64,000 nt of DNA from Marsupella aquatica (taxonomy: Eukaryota; Plantae; Marchantiophyta): positions 13,767,934-13,831,933 of the forward strand of contig OZ316899.1 in the NCBI GenBank assembly GCA_973895155.1, read 5' to 3'. This document shows, one piece after another, positions 62,377 through 64,000 of the stretch (the stretch's first letter is position 1; each line of letters starts with the position of its first letter). The translations under genes were made by a program, and so were the position numbers. The notes below the pieces were generated by a model that was not told the DNA's origin, did not search any database, and saw nothing but the letters and a program-made list of their open reading frames with translations.

Positions 62377-64000
62377 CTTCTTAGCCTCAGAGAGGCAGTT
62401 GAAGAGGTCATCCATATGAGGTAATGGGTACTTGTTCTTTATTGTTTGCTTATTGAGGGCCCGATAATTTGTGGACAATCTCAAAGTACCATCCTTTTTG
62501 GACAAACAACGCGGGCGCCCCATAAGGACTCTTACTAAGATGAATGAACCCTTGGTTGATCAATTCTTCCAAGGCGTTTTCCAACATCATTTGTTTGCTC
62601 AGGTTTAGACGATAAGGAGATTTAGCTTGAGGAGCCTAACGTGGCTCCAACTCAACTTGGTGATCCACTTCCCTCCATGGGTATAAACCTTTAGGTAGCT
62701 TTTGCAAGAGCACATCATTGAATTCCTCTAAAATTTCAGGAATTTGACCGCAATCAGGCCTGACCTTAGCTGAACATCTTTAATTGGGTGGAAATGAAAG
62801 AAGAAACATTCATGTCCACCCTTGAAGTCTTTCCACCATTGCTTTCCTGATACACACGGAGAAAACCATGACACTTTACTTACTTTATGAAATCTTTATT
62901 TATTTCTGGTAATTTTGTGTACAATGATGGGCTCATCGCCCTTATCAGGAAAATTGAGCACCTCATCCCTCGGTGTCAAGGTAACATTATGCTTTTTGAG
63001 ATAGCCTACCAACAAAATGAAATCTACGGCTAGACCTTCTAGAACGTAGAACATTTGCTGACTAACAAAATTTTGTTGTTTGCCTATGACCTCTACTCAA
63101 AGTCTATGTACCACTCTTGATACTATCCCTTTTGTGTCGTTGACAAACTTGCACACTAATGGTTGTAGCAACTCTTGCACGTCCACCCCAAAATGTGCCG
63201 TCGCCTGCCCACTTATGAAGCAGGCGGTCGTGCCTGTATCCACCAAAGCAACATCCAAATTACCGTTAGAAGTGACATTCACAAAATCAGCTTGTTAGGA
63301 TCCATTGTCTTACCTTAGGTACTCTTGCAACAACACCTTTCCTCCAGCAAGAATATCCCTTACAGGGACCTCTCCAACTACTACGGGTTTGGTTAGAGCG
63401 ATACTTACCTTAAAGCTCTTCTGCCTCCCATCTCCGCTCAGCTTGCCACCTTTTGTGGGACAATCCTTATTTTGATGGCCCATGGCGCCACATGTGTAGC
63501 ACAAACCTTTAGCCCACCTCTGCTTCGTGAGCGCCTATTTTTTGCTTTTTGCGCCGATGAGGTTCCTTTCTTGAAGTTGTTGGCCTTCCGGTTGCCCTTT
63601 GCTTCTCCATTCTAGGGGTGAGGATCCAAACCACCGGCCCCCGCCCCCTCAGGCTGCTTGCGCTTGTTCTCAGGACCTTTCGCTTTCCCAGCTTCCCCTT
63701 TGGATCCCTTGCCACCCACCTTTGCCAAGCCCGGTTGGTTATTCACCAGCATAGTGGCTTTGTCAAAGGCGTCAAAAAGCATTTTAAACTCATGACGCTT
63801 CTCCTGTAACTTTTCCCTGAGCAACTACGAGAGCTTCACTATAAAGTTGTGAAGCTGCATATGTAGGGTCTATTGCCCCGCCGAGATACACGCCATTTGG
63901 TTCTGGTAATAAGTGATGAACTTTTGGATATCACCCATGAAGCTCATTTCAGTTACGCATTTTTGCTCATGCCGCTCATTCCTTTCGCAACTTCTTCCAA
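62377..64000 (-). pseudogene. Element C gag (Zn knuckle), protease and RT N-half
   Basis: [45 protein letters not shown] joins FSKVDLRSGY across the Copia insertion. Confidence 0.92.

Overview
Eukaryotic, plant-type heterochromatin (TTTAGGG repeats, plant Copia/Gypsy lineages; a non-seed plant is my guess) made almost entirely of nested retroelements, with no clearly intact host gene. Nesting order: an old chromovirus-like Gypsy is split by a Tnt1/Tork-like Copia (TSD CTTCT). That Copia is split in turn by a young, full-length 15.55-kb non-chromovirus Gypsy (10626-26178, TSD CTACC). Its ~4.66-kb LTRs each carry a ~1,200-codon reading frame. Homologous reading frames sit inside TG..CA-bounded LTR-like units of two other families (36251-40496; 45064-47520 and 60732-62213) and a sister subfamily (1-977, 47521-48683), so gene-carrying LTRs look like a recurrent design. 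Between 27.0 and 45.1 kb lies non-retroelement cargo. It includes a fragmented gene which, after removing a solo LTR (TSD ATTAT), one intron and a few lesions, reads ParB/Srx-like domain + beta-class N6/N4 DNA-methyltransferase-like domain + intronless ESD4-like Ulp1 SUMO protease. A ubiquitin remnant and orphan ORFs lie nearby. Positions 1-13025 recur at offset 47,706 as a near-identical segmental duplication that ends in a rearrangement junction at ~60731. A short telomere-repeat tract is inserted in the Copia gag. All domain calls are by eye and need HMM confirmation.
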